From Fidelibacterota bacterium (GTDB taxonomy: Bacteria; Fidelibacterota; Marinisomatia; Marinisomatales; UBA2128), in the NCBI GenBank assembly GCA_046861645.1, contig JBHHUM010000023.1, positions 1-32,574 of the forward strand: DNA of 32,574 nt, given 5' to 3'. Made by a program: the position numbers and the translations under genes. The notes under the pieces were generated by a model. It did no database searches. It saw nothing but the letters and a program-made list of their open reading frames with translations, and was not told the origin of the DNA. Below, piece by piece: positions 8,249 through 16,634 of this stretch (positions are counted from its first letter, which is position 1; the number at the start of each line of letters is the position of its first letter).

Positions 8249-10501
8249 TTACCTGATAGAAAATCTGACTTCCTTAGATGATGTATTGCCTACTTGGTCC
8301 TGTGCGGTAATAACCATGAGATGATCTCCACTTTCTAGTGGCAGCCGGAGACGTAAGGATATTTCCTTTTTAATAGGGTGATATTCAAAAAGCAGCTCCT
8401 TTCCATCTAATTGTAATGTGATTGCTTGATCGCCTGCAATGCCCGCCAGTTCGTCATTGACTTTGGCTTTTAGTACTTGAACATCTTCGTACTCGTAGCT
8501 ACCACCATCATCGGGGAAAGTCTGCTCGATTATTGGTTGAATGGTATCCCGAATGACTGTTACCGCTTCCAGACTTTGTAGTGAGGAAAAAAACATCCAC
8601 TTTTGCTCATCAAACCGGCTGCGAAGATAGGTCCAGCCCTCTTTCTGGTCATAGTAAAATATTCCTGCCCGGGAGTAATCCCTCTGGTAACGGGGGAAAA
8701 CAATGGCAATGTTTGCGGAATCTTGTAGAGGTTTATCAAATGGTTGCAGTTGGAAAGCATTTGTCAGAAAAGAACCCCCCTCCACTGGAACAGGTGAACT
8801 GATATCTTCAATCCAAATGGCTGTAGGATTGTAAAATGTGGTGGGTGTTGTACGGATGGAACAATTCCCGCTGGGGGAGACAGCAGCAACCGACTTGGTA
8901 GAATCAGATAGCTTGGAGCGAATTGAGAACCAGGATTCCCGGATGGGTGATCCGTGAAAAGTGACGACAATTTCTCTGGTACCAGCAAATTTCTCCAGAG
9001 TCAGGGGTGGAGAGAGAAAGGCTGTAGGACTCACCTGCTGCAAGTCCGTCAGATCCAGCTCATGGTTATTGCGAAGGGTAAGTTCCGGTATCATATCCAG
9101 ATAGGAATCGGCTTCTACCTGGATCACAATTGATTGTTCCAGGTGTCTGATTTTCAGGTCGAAATCCACTGTCATATAATCGGCAGGCTCGAGATCGATG
9201 GCAAGATGGTAAGGTCGGCTCACAGCGCCCTGGTTGTTGATGCCAATAAATTGGAGGACTTTTCCTTGTACCTCTTGTAATGGTAAAGTAACGTTCAACA
9301 CCCTTCCGTTCCTATTCATTTCCTTTGCAGCAATTGCTGCCTCAGGGAATCCTCTGGATTTGAAAGAATAACAGGTAAATTGTGTAATGGGGAAGGGACT
9401 TCCCTCAGGCTCGATTTGAAACTTGACAGTAGTGTTTGTACGGTCAACCTCAGTAACAATTATGGAAGAGGGAGGAGCCTGATACAGGACTCCCCTAATA
9501 GTGACCATATTCTTTAAGGCATCGTAGAGTTTGATAGATGCCCTGTGATAACCTGGAGAGAGAGATAATTGCCCATGAGAATCCTTGCTGATGAAGTCTA
9601 AAGTCTGACTGTTTTTATCAGTAAAAAGACGATGAAAATCACCGTCATTCATACGTGCCAGAGAATGATCCCGTTCCAGATCCACGAGTCTTGAATGTTT
9701 AAAGTTAAACTGTTCAAATTCTATGCGATATAACTCTACATCATCAACTGATAGTACCGCACCGAAAATGTTAAACTTATTCTTCATCCGGGACATATGG
9801 TCAACAACTGAGACTCCAACTCCTACCGTACCGAAAACATGAACGGTATCCATGAAGGCATATTCCCTGGTTTTGATCCGCTGTAGTGGAAATATCTGAG
9901 GCAGGGGTGATCCATTGATTACGGCATCCACACTCAGTGGGATAATAGAAATCGCATCTGTAACAGGGAGACGTCCGTCTTCTAACTGAAAACCGTGGGT
10001 GAGGGGATTAAGGGGTCGGTTGGAATCATCTCTAAGTTCGAAATGCAGATGAGGGGCAAAAGCTCCCCCACTTTCTCCTGAGTAACCCAGCAGGTCGCCC
10101 TGATCGACTACAAAATTCCCCGGGGAGAAGTATTTATCTATAGTGTAGGAATTGGCTTTCTCCTGTTCCAAAGCTACCAAATCTTCCAGAATGGGATTAA
10201 AACGATCCAGATGAGCATAGAGGGCGATTCTACCGTCGTTGAGTTTAAGATAGAGTGCCCTTCCGTAGCCAGACGATGAGGTACGAACTCTCCAGATCTG
10301 TCCTGGAGCTATGGCTTTAACTTCATGACCAACAGTACCTTTAGTCTGGATGTCCAAACCTGCATGGAATCGTCCGGGTCGAACTTCCCCGAAGTTGGAA
10401 GAAATCCGACGGGGTAGATCCACAGGCCAAATATAATCCTGACCTGGAAGAGGTGTCAGAGCAAAGAGAACTAATAGAGCTGAGATGCAGAAGTGTTTCA
10501 C
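8249..10501 (-). CDS. Secreted M23 family metallopeptidase with long C-terminal beta/Ig-like extension
   Basis: Signal peptide, SSNFGEVR, HAGLD, YAHL, PHLHFELRD. GTG 10501 preferred over TTG 10522, which lies only 3 nt below a putative -10 box. Confidence 0.88.
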   Translation of the reverse strand: MKHFCISALLVLFALTPLPGQDYIWPVDLPRRISSNFGEVRPGRFHAGLDIQTKGTVGHEVKAIAPGQIWRVRTSSSGYGRALYLKLNDGRIALYAHLDRFNPILEDLVALEQEKANSYTIDKYFSPGNFVVDQGDLLGYSGESGGAFAPHLHFELRDDSNRPLNPLTHGFQLEDGRLPVTDAISIIPLSVDAVINGSPLPQIFPLQRIKTREYAFMDTVHVFGTVGVGVSVVDHMSRMKNKFNIFGAVLSVDDVELYRIEFEQFNFKHSRLVDLERDHSLARMNDGDFHRLFTDKNSQTLDFISKDSHGQLSLSPGYHRASIKLYDALKNMVTIRGVLYQAPPSSIIVTEVDRTNTTVKFQIEPEGSPFPITQFTCYSFKSRGFPEAAIAAKEMNRNGRVLNVTLPLQEVQGKVLQFIGINNQGAVSRPYHLAIDLEPADYMTVDFDLKIRHLEQSIVIQVEADSYLDMIPELTLRNNHELDLTDLQQVSPTAFLSPPLTLEKFAGTREIVVTFHGSPIRESWFSIRSKLSDSTKSVAAVSPSGNCSIRTTPTTFYNPTAIWIEDISSPVPVEGGSFLTNAFQLQPFDKPLQDSANIAIVFPRYQRDYSRAGIFYYDQKEGWTYLRSRFDEQKWMFFSSLQSLEAVTVIRDTIQPIIEQTFPDDGGSYEYEDVQVLKAKVNDELAGIAGDQAITLQLDGKELLFEYHPIKKEISLRLRLPLESGDHLMVITAQDQVGNTSSKEVRFSIR

Positions 10502-10525
10502 AGGAATTAGTATATGTATCAAAAC

Positions 10526-10554
10526 AATTTAGACAACCATCGAGGGACATTCAA
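10526..10554 (-). promoter_or_regulatory. Putative sigma70 promoter of the M23-to-coaE operon
   Basis: Minus strand TTGAAT-17 nt-TAAATT. Confidence 0.45.
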
Positions 10555-10585
10555 TCGTTTTTGCCATGGATAAATATTTCCCAAC

Positions 10586-10612
10586 AAAAAAGGACGACGA
10601 TGGTCGCCCTTT
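10586..10612 (-). terminator. Intrinsic terminator after the PDZ gene
   Basis: Minus strand AAAGGGCGAC-CATC-GTCGTCCTTTTTT. Confidence 0.7.
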
Positions 10613-10645
10613 CATTGGGTCTTCGTTAAAATGAAGGATTAGCTC

Positions 10646-11461
10646 CTATTTGTCCTTCATTTTTTCCAGTTCATTTCTTAATTCTTCTAAATCTTCACGC
10701 AACTTAGCTATTTCCTCTTTCATATCATCATGACGTTCTCCGAAAGACGGTAACCATTTCATCATTTCTCCGTTATGTTCTTCCCTCCCCGGTTTGAACA
10801 TGAAAAGCTTTTCGGGAAAATTCACCTCGCGAGATGACAATGTTGCTGTTAGAGTTTTCTGACGACCCTTCCGAATAATAGTAATTTCAACCTCGTCGCC
10901 TTCCTCCCTTGCAAAAATAGATTTAACCACGTCATCTTGGTTACTGATTTTATTTTCACCCACGGCAATAATGACATCTCCAGCTTCAATTCCAGCTTTC
11001 TCGGCAGGACTATCCTCTACAACTTCTGAAACCAGCACACCACTGTCGTCTTTAACGCGGAAGTAATCACGAAGCTGTTCGGTCAGAGGCTGAAGATAAA
11101 CACCTAGCCAGGAGCCTCGATGATGCTTCATCATAGCCATATGATGCTTTCGTTTACCGGTGAAATCGTCAAGATCATCGAGATCGGTAATGTTCAGATT
11201 CAGATCAATATCTGTCTTCTCCAGTATCTCCTGGAGGGATGTACCAAGATCATCTAAATCATCTATGGAAAATTCAAACTCTTCAGTATCTCCATCTTTA
11301 TTCAGTACGATATGGCAGATGCCATCTTCCACTTCACAAACGATTTTTAAATGATCATCATCCGTACTTAAAGTGTATTTGTCTACTCGATCTTCTTTTT
11401 CCTCAGCAAGTAAGGAAGTAGTGAACAGGAGTCCCAGTAATATTATTAACAGTCTTTTCAT
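10646..11461 (-). CDS. Secreted PDZ-domain protein without protease domain
   Basis: Signal peptide; WLGVYLQPLT...GVLVSEVVEDSPAEKAGIEAGDVI is a DegP/HtrA-like PDZ; C-terminal coiled coil; SD GGAGG. Confidence 0.9.
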   Translation of the reverse strand: MKRLLIILLGLLFTTSLLAEEKEDRVDKYTLSTDDDHLKIVCEVEDGICHIVLNKDGDTEEFEFSIDDLDDLGTSLQEILEKTDIDLNLNITDLDDLDDFTGKRKHHMAMMKHHRGSWLGVYLQPLTEQLRDYFRVKDDSGVLVSEVVEDSPAEKAGIEAGDVIIAVGENKISNQDDVVKSIFAREEGDEVEITIIRKGRQKTLTATLSSREVNFPEKLFMFKPGREEHNGEMMKWLPSFGERHDDMKEEIAKLREDLEELRNELEKMKDK

Positions 11462-11488
11462 AACTTACCTCCCAGGATTTGTCTGTGA

Positions 11489-11514
11489 TACGAGTCACGC
11501 AGGATCATGGTTCC
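11489..11514 (-). promoter_or_regulatory. Putative ECF sigma factor promoter for the PDZ gene
   Basis: Minus strand GGAACC-16 nt-CGTA, matching the AAC...CGT ECF pattern. Confidence 0.55.
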
Positions 11515-11606
11515 CTGAACGATTAGAAATTTTATATGTGCCTTTAAGGAGAAAGTTCTAAATTGGCATAGGTTTACAAACGTTATCTTGCTCATAGGAG
11601 GTATTT

Positions 11607-12293
11607 ATGAAAAAGGCACTGTTTTTTGTGATACTAATTTTGGCGTTCACCTTTACGCCTCTGTCAGCAATAGGTGGCTTGGGATTGCAACTGGGTCAAG
11701 GAACATACACGGTGGCGTCTACCACTGATCAAGATCAAAATGGATTAATAACAGTGACGACCGGTGAATTTAATAATCCTTTAAATTTGGGTTTCTACTT
11801 GTATTTGGATATTATTCCGGTTGTTGACTTTGAAGCTGACGTTCAGATAACCGCGAGTGAATATAATTTTGAATTTAATAATGCTCTGGGTACTGCTGGT
11901 CCTTATGATGCCTTTTGGGGTGGAGCTTCAACATATCTTACTTTACGGAAGGAAATTTTCGGCTTAGGAATCCCATTTTTAGGTGGGGGCAGTATTTTTG
12001 CCGGCGGAGGCTATAACATTCATTCTTATGCACCCCTGGCAGATTTATCTCTGGTTGAAAGTTTGATGGGAAATCTAACAGATGAACCGACTTTTTCCGA
12101 GGACGAGCTTATCGATTTTGTGAAAGAAAATAAAATTGATAAGACTGGTTTCCATTTTCAGGCAGGTTTCCAGTTCAAACTGTTGATGATTGATACCTTC
12201 ATTTTCTATCGTCAGACCTTAGGTAAGTTTGATAATATTGTAGGTAATGACTCATTTGGTACATTTAACATCCGGTTTGGTTTAGGAATTTAA
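11607..12293 (+). CDS. Hypothetical outer-membrane beta-barrel protein
   Basis: SD AGGAGG, signal peptide, alternating Gly/aromatic strands, C-terminal FNIRFGLGI. Confidence 0.7.
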   Translation: MKKALFFVILILAFTFTPLSAIGGLGLQLGQGTYTVASTTDQDQNGLITVTTGEFNNPLNLGFYLYLDIIPVVDFEADVQITASEYNFEFNNALGTAGPYDAFWGGASTYLTLRKEIFGLGIPFLGGGSIFAGGGYNIHSYAPLADLSLVESLMGNLTDEPTFSEDELIDFVKENKIDKTGFHFQAGFQFKLLMIDTFIFYRQTLGKFDNIVGNDSFGTFNIRFGLGI

Positions 12294-12322
12294 CTCTCTT
12301 ATCTACAAAACCTAATTTCATG

Positions 12323-12350
12323 GGGGTGGTTTTCCACCCCTCTTTTGTTT
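12323..12350 (+). terminator. Intrinsic terminator between convergent genes
   Basis: GGGGTGG-TTTT-CCACCCC followed by TCTTTTGTTT. Confidence 0.7.
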
Positions 12351-12356
12351 TATGCG

Positions 12357-12953
12357 CTATTCCGTTAAAGGCACTGCAGCCTGATAAATCCAGTTCTTTA
12401 AGTCCTTGGAGTAGTAGTGACGTCCAGAGGCTGTAAAGGCCAGGAAGTGGGGTTTTGAAACTTCTGTTCTGGGTATAATGCTCAGAGAGATAAAATCGTC
12501 ATAAGTATCGATTCGGGTTAAAAATGTGAATTCAGTTCCAACCGTTGTGGGATTCACATTCTTCATGGTAAAGACATTTCCGAGGTTGGTTAAGAGAACA
12601 AATCCTGTCACCGGGGGTGCTGAACCAAAAGTAAAATGAGAAGAAGAGACGATCAATTCCCCTTTCTGAACATGAGTGGAGTCCAACTTTTGAAGAGCGG
12701 TTTCAAGCTCTTGAACAAGTTCTTCAGGAATCGATTTACCTGCAGGTCCTGAGGGTCCTATAGGTCCTGGAGGTCCAGTAGGACCAGGGGGTCCAGCTTT
12801 ACCCGGTGGTCCTGGATCACCGGTGGGGCCCTGAGGTCCCGGAGGACCTGTAGCACTGCAGGCGATAAGGGTCAGTATTAATCCTGCGAGGAAAAGGCTC
12901 CTGATCCTTTTGCCTTTTAGAAGGGGGCGGTATCTGTTGCCTGTTGAAGCCAT
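12357..12953 (-). CDS. Collagen-like lipoprotein
   Basis: Lipobox LIAC, then 13 Gly-X-Y triplets, a short helical neck ([14 protein letters not shown]) and a beta-rich C-terminal domain. Start uncertain (ATG 12953 or 12971); both overlap the upstream gene. Confidence 0.85.
   Translation of the reverse strand: MASTGNRYRPLLKGKRIRSLFLAGLILTLIACSATGPPGPQGPTGDPGPPGKAGPPGPTGPPGPIGPSGPAGKSIPEELVQELETALQKLDSTHVQKGELIVSSSHFTFGSAPPVTGFVLLTNLGNVFTMKNVNPTTVGTEFTFLTRIDTYDDFISLSIIPRTEVSKPHFLAFTASGRHYYSKDLKNWIYQAAVPLTE
12732..12848 (-). repeat. Collagen triple-helix (Gly-X-Y)13 coding repeat
   Basis: [39 protein letters not shown]. Confidence 0.9.
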
Positions 12954-13471
12954 TTCATTGACGATGTCCATGCCAGGGACATAATGATGATAAGTTCGGA
13001 CATAATCGCTGCCACGAAGAACAGTATGGATCTTTTTAAGGCGACGTTCTTATACAGGTTTATTTTTCCGAGTGAGAAAACTTGAGTGGCAAACATCTCA
13101 TAGACTTTTCCTGGCTCTCCAGATACTTTCTTCAGATGGGCAGCATAACTTTCCGGTGTAGAGAATTTAGCAATTCCAGCGAAAAAGGTGGGGTTATCAG
13201 GTCTTTTTTTAGTGCTTACTTTGTCTTTTCTGATGCGGGGAACGATAACCAGAATCAATTGGATTATAGTCATTAAAGCTGAAACAAAATAGATGATGAC
13301 CATAAAGAAGATAAACCAGTTAATTTCCATTTTGGTAAAGTGTACCATAAAAAAAACCATGAACACTCCCAGGATAGATAACATGGTAAATGCCTTCTGA
13401 TCCGTGCGCTGCAGAATTTGCTGTTCGCTGGACAGAACGTGAAATAGAGCTGTAAAATCTCGGTCAATCAT
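12917..13471 (-). CDS. Pycsar-type transmembrane effector family protein (PycTM/DUF5706-like)
   Basis: RTDQKA (cf. ADxKA), two TM helices ending in [11 protein letters not shown] (cf. LxFFGxIA), [12 protein letters not shown] (cf. QIxxLSxIxxxK), third TM; 184 aa. Confidence 0.8.
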   Translation of the reverse strand: MIDRDFTALFHVLSSEQQILQRTDQKAFTMLSILGVFMVFFMVHFTKMEINWFIFFMVIIYFVSALMTIIQLILVIVPRIRKDKVSTKKRPDNPTFFAGIAKFSTPESYAAHLKKVSGEPGKVYEMFATQVFSLGKINLYKNVALKRSILFFVAAIMSELIIIMSLAWTSSMKWLQQATDTAPF

Positions 13472-13479
13472 GAGCCTGA

Positions 13480-13508
13480 AATATAGGATACGATATTACC
13501 AAATGCAA
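13480..13508 (-). promoter_or_regulatory. Putative sigma70 promoter of the effector gene (leaderless or near-leaderless)
   Basis: Minus strand TTGCAT-17 nt-TATATT, ATG 8 nt later; the promoter plus those 8 nt fill the 37-nt gap. Confidence 0.55.
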
Positions 13509-15167
13509 TTACCTCAGTGTCTCAGCTAAAACTACTGTTTTAATCCACACAACGGTCTGTCCGTTTATCTGGTCGACTGCTTCAACCTTAAGGATATACA
13601 TTCCAATCCGGGCGCGGATGCCACTATCGGTATGGCCATCCCAGATGAGTATCCCTTCTGCTCCAGAGATGAGATTCCTTGCCAAAGTTCGCACTTCACG
13701 GCCTATACTATCGAAAACCAGTATAGTGATGTAAGCCTGAGCGAAAGGTAGACTGTAGGTAATCCTGAGTTCCTCATCAAAGCCATCTCCATCCGGAGAG
13801 AACGGATTAGGATCAAGAAGAATAGTACCCGCTTCTGGCAAATTTTCCACAAGAATGCTGTTGTTCTCACCCGGTGTCATTTTTTCTTCTGCTGTACAGG
13901 TTCCCCAGTTTTCAGCTTTTGGTGAATCCAATTTAGGGTTCAGCTTTTCCAGGGAACGACCATCACCTCCACCCCAGTCATCCGTAAAACTAAGGGAATC
14001 AATTACTGACCGAGTGGGGTCAAAAAGGAAGATATCATCACCACTGTTGTTAAGTGTGGGGAATCCATCCGGTGATACCAACAAAAGTGCCGATAGCGGC
14101 ATGTAGGGGAGCAGTGTGGAGTCGCTGCTCACCACTATAAGGTTACCGGGTGATCCTGTTATTTCGGGAAAAGCTCTTAGATTTGATGTATCGCTGTCAG
14201 AAAAATACCAGCCAGATAGATCCAACTCTCCTTCATCGAGGATAGCCAGTTCAATAAATTCAACCATACCAGCAACTGGGGAATAGTGTATTTCATTGAA
14301 AGTGAGCACTCTTTCGGTAAATCGTACAGCCAGCGAGTAGTCAGCATGGTTATTGGTTGTGTCAGCGTCCTCAGCAACAAATAGGGAAATGTTAAAAAGG
14401 TGTTGACCGGGGCTGAGTGTTCCAAGAGTTGCGTTCACCAGAGCGGAGTCGCCGTCTAGTATATTAGAGAACGTGGTTGAACCCACTATTGAGGATTTTT
14501 CACTCACCATAACTGTTCCCGAAATAGGATTGATACCCTCGTTTCTGACAGAAGCTAAGAGAGTGACTACATCATTCGGTGTAGGTTTATCAGGAGTATG
14601 ACTGAGGGAGGAAGTAATGAGAACGGCCTCTATTAAAGGAGGAGCAACACTGTTAACGAAACCAGGAGTTCCGAGGGAATCAAGACTCGTAGCCCAGTTG
14701 GCAGTAGTGTTGGGTTGGTTGAGCCTTTTTCGTTCATAGGAGAAACCGGATGCAGATATATCAGCCCAACCGACACTATCAGAAGTAGTGCTGGAACTGT
14801 TGGTGAGGAAAAGAGAATCTGCAGAACTCAACCCGTTTCCAATACTATTATCATCAACTCGAACAACAAGAACCGAGTCAGGAATAAGATCCAGATAAAT
14901 GCCAGTTGCCGGGTCGTAATCACCTTCAAAAATCAGAGCGTAGCGCTTGGGAGCGATGGTTGTACCCATACCACCATCTACAAGTTCATCAGTGGAGAAT
15001 TTGTCTCTGATTTTCCAAAGGGAAAGATCAATGGAGTCGGGACTGTCGTTGTAAATTTCCACAAACTCGTTAGGGGAGTCAGACCCCGCTAAATCAAACA
15101 TCACCTCGGAAAATATCAGTTGAGCAGATAATGGTAGGGTGGTCAGTAATATGAGAAATAAGATCAA
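13509..15167 (-). CDS. Secreted lamin-tail-domain protein (LTD - CARDB-like Ig - LTD - FlgD-Ig-like C-terminal domain)
   Basis: IFSEVMFD...EFVEIYN...IDLSLW; FNEIHY...EFIEL; GTPGFVNS/MTPGENNS; NPFSPDGDG...IWDG...IGMYI; TTG start 6 nt after the arsC stop. Confidence 0.85.
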   Translation of the reverse strand: MILFLILLTTLPLSAQLIFSEVMFDLAGSDSPNEFVEIYNDSPDSIDLSLWKIRDKFSTDELVDGGMGTTIAPKRYALIFEGDYDPATGIYLDLIPDSVLVVRVDDNSIGNGLSSADSLFLTNSSSTTSDSVGWADISASGFSYERKRLNQPNTTANWATSLDSLGTPGFVNSVAPPLIEAVLITSSLSHTPDKPTPNDVVTLLASVRNEGINPISGTVMVSEKSSIVGSTTFSNILDGDSALVNATLGTLSPGQHLFNISLFVAEDADTTNNHADYSLAVRFTERVLTFNEIHYSPVAGMVEFIELAILDEGELDLSGWYFSDSDTSNLRAFPEITGSPGNLIVVSSDSTLLPYMPLSALLLVSPDGFPTLNNSGDDIFLFDPTRSVIDSLSFTDDWGGGDGRSLEKLNPKLDSPKAENWGTCTAEEKMTPGENNSILVENLPEAGTILLDPNPFSPDGDGFDEELRITYSLPFAQAYITILVFDSIGREVRTLARNLISGAEGILIWDGHTDSGIRARIGMYILKVEAVDQINGQTVVWIKTVVLAETLR

Positions 15168-15173
15168 TGGGTA

Positions 15174-15587
15174 TTAGTGATTCTTAATGAATTCAACCAC
15201 CCGATCTCTAATAAGATTGCGACAATTACGGTAGTTTACCAGGAAACGATCTTCACTGCTCCACCCTGAGAAAGGGTCTGGGATGCTCCAGTGATACTGT
15301 TTAGTTTTTTCTGGAAAAGTAGGGCACAGTTCTTTTGCTGAATCACAGACAGTGATGACAATGTTGATTCCCTGATCTAGGTACTGGTCAATGTCATCTG
15401 ATGTATGATGGGAGATGTCAATACCCCATTCGGCCATTATGCGGATGGTCATAGGATGAACATGACTGGGGTGAGTACCGGCGCTATAGACCTCAAAGAG
15501 GTCACCTGCCAAATACCTGAGTAAACCCTCCGCCATTTGAGAACGACAAGAATTACCGGTACAAATAAAGAGAACTTTTTTCTTCAT
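15174..15587 (-). CDS. arsC: Arsenate reductase, thioredoxin-coupled (LMW-PTP fold)
   Basis: LFICTGNSCRSQMAEG, VITVCDSAKELCP, HWSIPDP. Confidence 0.9.
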   Translation of the reverse strand: MKKKVLFICTGNSCRSQMAEGLLRYLAGDLFEVYSAGTHPSHVHPMTIRIMAEWGIDISHHTSDDIDQYLDQGINIVITVCDSAKELCPTFPEKTKQYHWSIPDPFSGWSSEDRFLVNYRNCRNLIRDRVVEFIKNH

Positions 15588-15797
15588 ATTTATAAACTCA
15601 GGAGAAATTAGTTTTATTGAAAACCGAATGTCAACTGCTATACAATTTACAAACGTACATTAATGAAAACCATATCCGGTAAACAATTAATTTTTTCTAT
15701 TTAGATAACCATTCTCGGGGATACTAAAGATGACGTCTAATGAGCTATTTACTTATATTTCTTCTCCCCTTTATACTTGACACTTTTCCTTTTTACA

Positions 15798-15825
15798 TTG
15801 CTATTGCTGAACTATTTAGTAAAAT
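15798..15825 (+). promoter_or_regulatory. Putative sigma70 promoter (leaderless) of the 15832-18547 operon
   Basis: TTGCTA-16 nt-TAAAAT, ATG 6 nt later, no SD. Confidence 0.4.
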
Positions 15826-15831
15826 TCTATC

Positions 15832-16242
15832 ATGTACTTACGACAGGATCGTTATTCACAATTTTCACTGGGTAATGCCTTTGGTCTGTTTATGGTTGTT
15901 CTTAGTGCCATTGGTTTCAATTTATTCTCGTGTTCAGGAGTAATCATATCAGATACTATTCTTCCCGAGGAAGTAAAAATCGTTCCAGACGATCACGAGC
16001 TATATGATGGGCGCCAGGTAGTATTTGCCAATGAATCAGGTTCCTGGTCTCCAGTGCTTCCTTCTTCACTTAGCGGGAGAAAATATTATCACTATGAAGA
16101 TCTTATGGGAGTGAGTGGAGTAGTAGAAGGAGAATACGAAATAGATCATGGCCGATATGTGGTCATCAGATTTGCAGATGGCACTTTGGTGAAAGTTGCC
16201 AGTGAGGTGTTCCTTGAAGTAACCGATTTCATTAAAGAATAA
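15832..16242 (+). CDS. Hypothetical protein, possible lipoprotein
   Basis: Hydrophobic N-terminus ending LFSC, acidic beta-rich body; first of four tightly packed genes. Confidence 0.6.
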   Translation: MYLRQDRYSQFSLGNAFGLFMVVLSAIGFNLFSCSGVIISDTILPEEVKIVPDDHELYDGRQVVFANESGSWSPVLPSSLSGRKYYHYEDLMGVSGVVEGEYEIDHGRYVVIRFADGTLVKVASEVFLEVTDFIKE

Positions 16243-16243
16243 T

Positions 16244-16633
16244 TTGAATAGGCTTATTTATTTGCAACGATCTTTTTGCTTTGTATGCTTTCTATTTTTC
16301 CATGTGAGCTCTGTAAGTGGGCAGAGTCCTCAAGATACAGTAGAGATAATTCTTGAAGATCCCTGGTTCGGTTACGACAAGGTACAGCATTTTACCTTTA
16401 GTTTTCTCTGGGTTCTCAGCTGCCAATATGTAACCGAAAACAAATTTGATCTTACTGAAGAAGATGCCATTCCGATCTCTGTAGGGAGTGGAGTGACTCT
16501 GGGACTTCTAAAGGAAATCCATGACGACAGGAAGAGGCACAATCAATTCAGTATCCGTGATCTTATAGCAGATGGAGCAGGTATATTATGTGGTGTGATG
16601 ATAATTAAAGGTCTGCCAGCTCAAGGAAGTTGA
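16244..16633 (+). CDS. YfiM/DUF2279-like small membrane protein
   Basis: DPWFGYDKVQHF, GLLKEIHD, FSIRDLIADGAG. Confidence 0.75.
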   Translation: MNRLIYLQRSFCFVCFLFFHVSSVSGQSPQDTVEIILEDPWFGYDKVQHFTFSFLWVLSCQYVTENKFDLTEEDAIPISVGSGVTLGLLKEIHDDRKRHNQFSIRDLIADGAGILCGVMIIKGLPAQGS

Positions 16634-16634
16634 C

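Noticed and set aside
11563..11580. TTGGCA as a sigma54 -24 element before ORF 11607
   Set aside because: No GC at the -12 position
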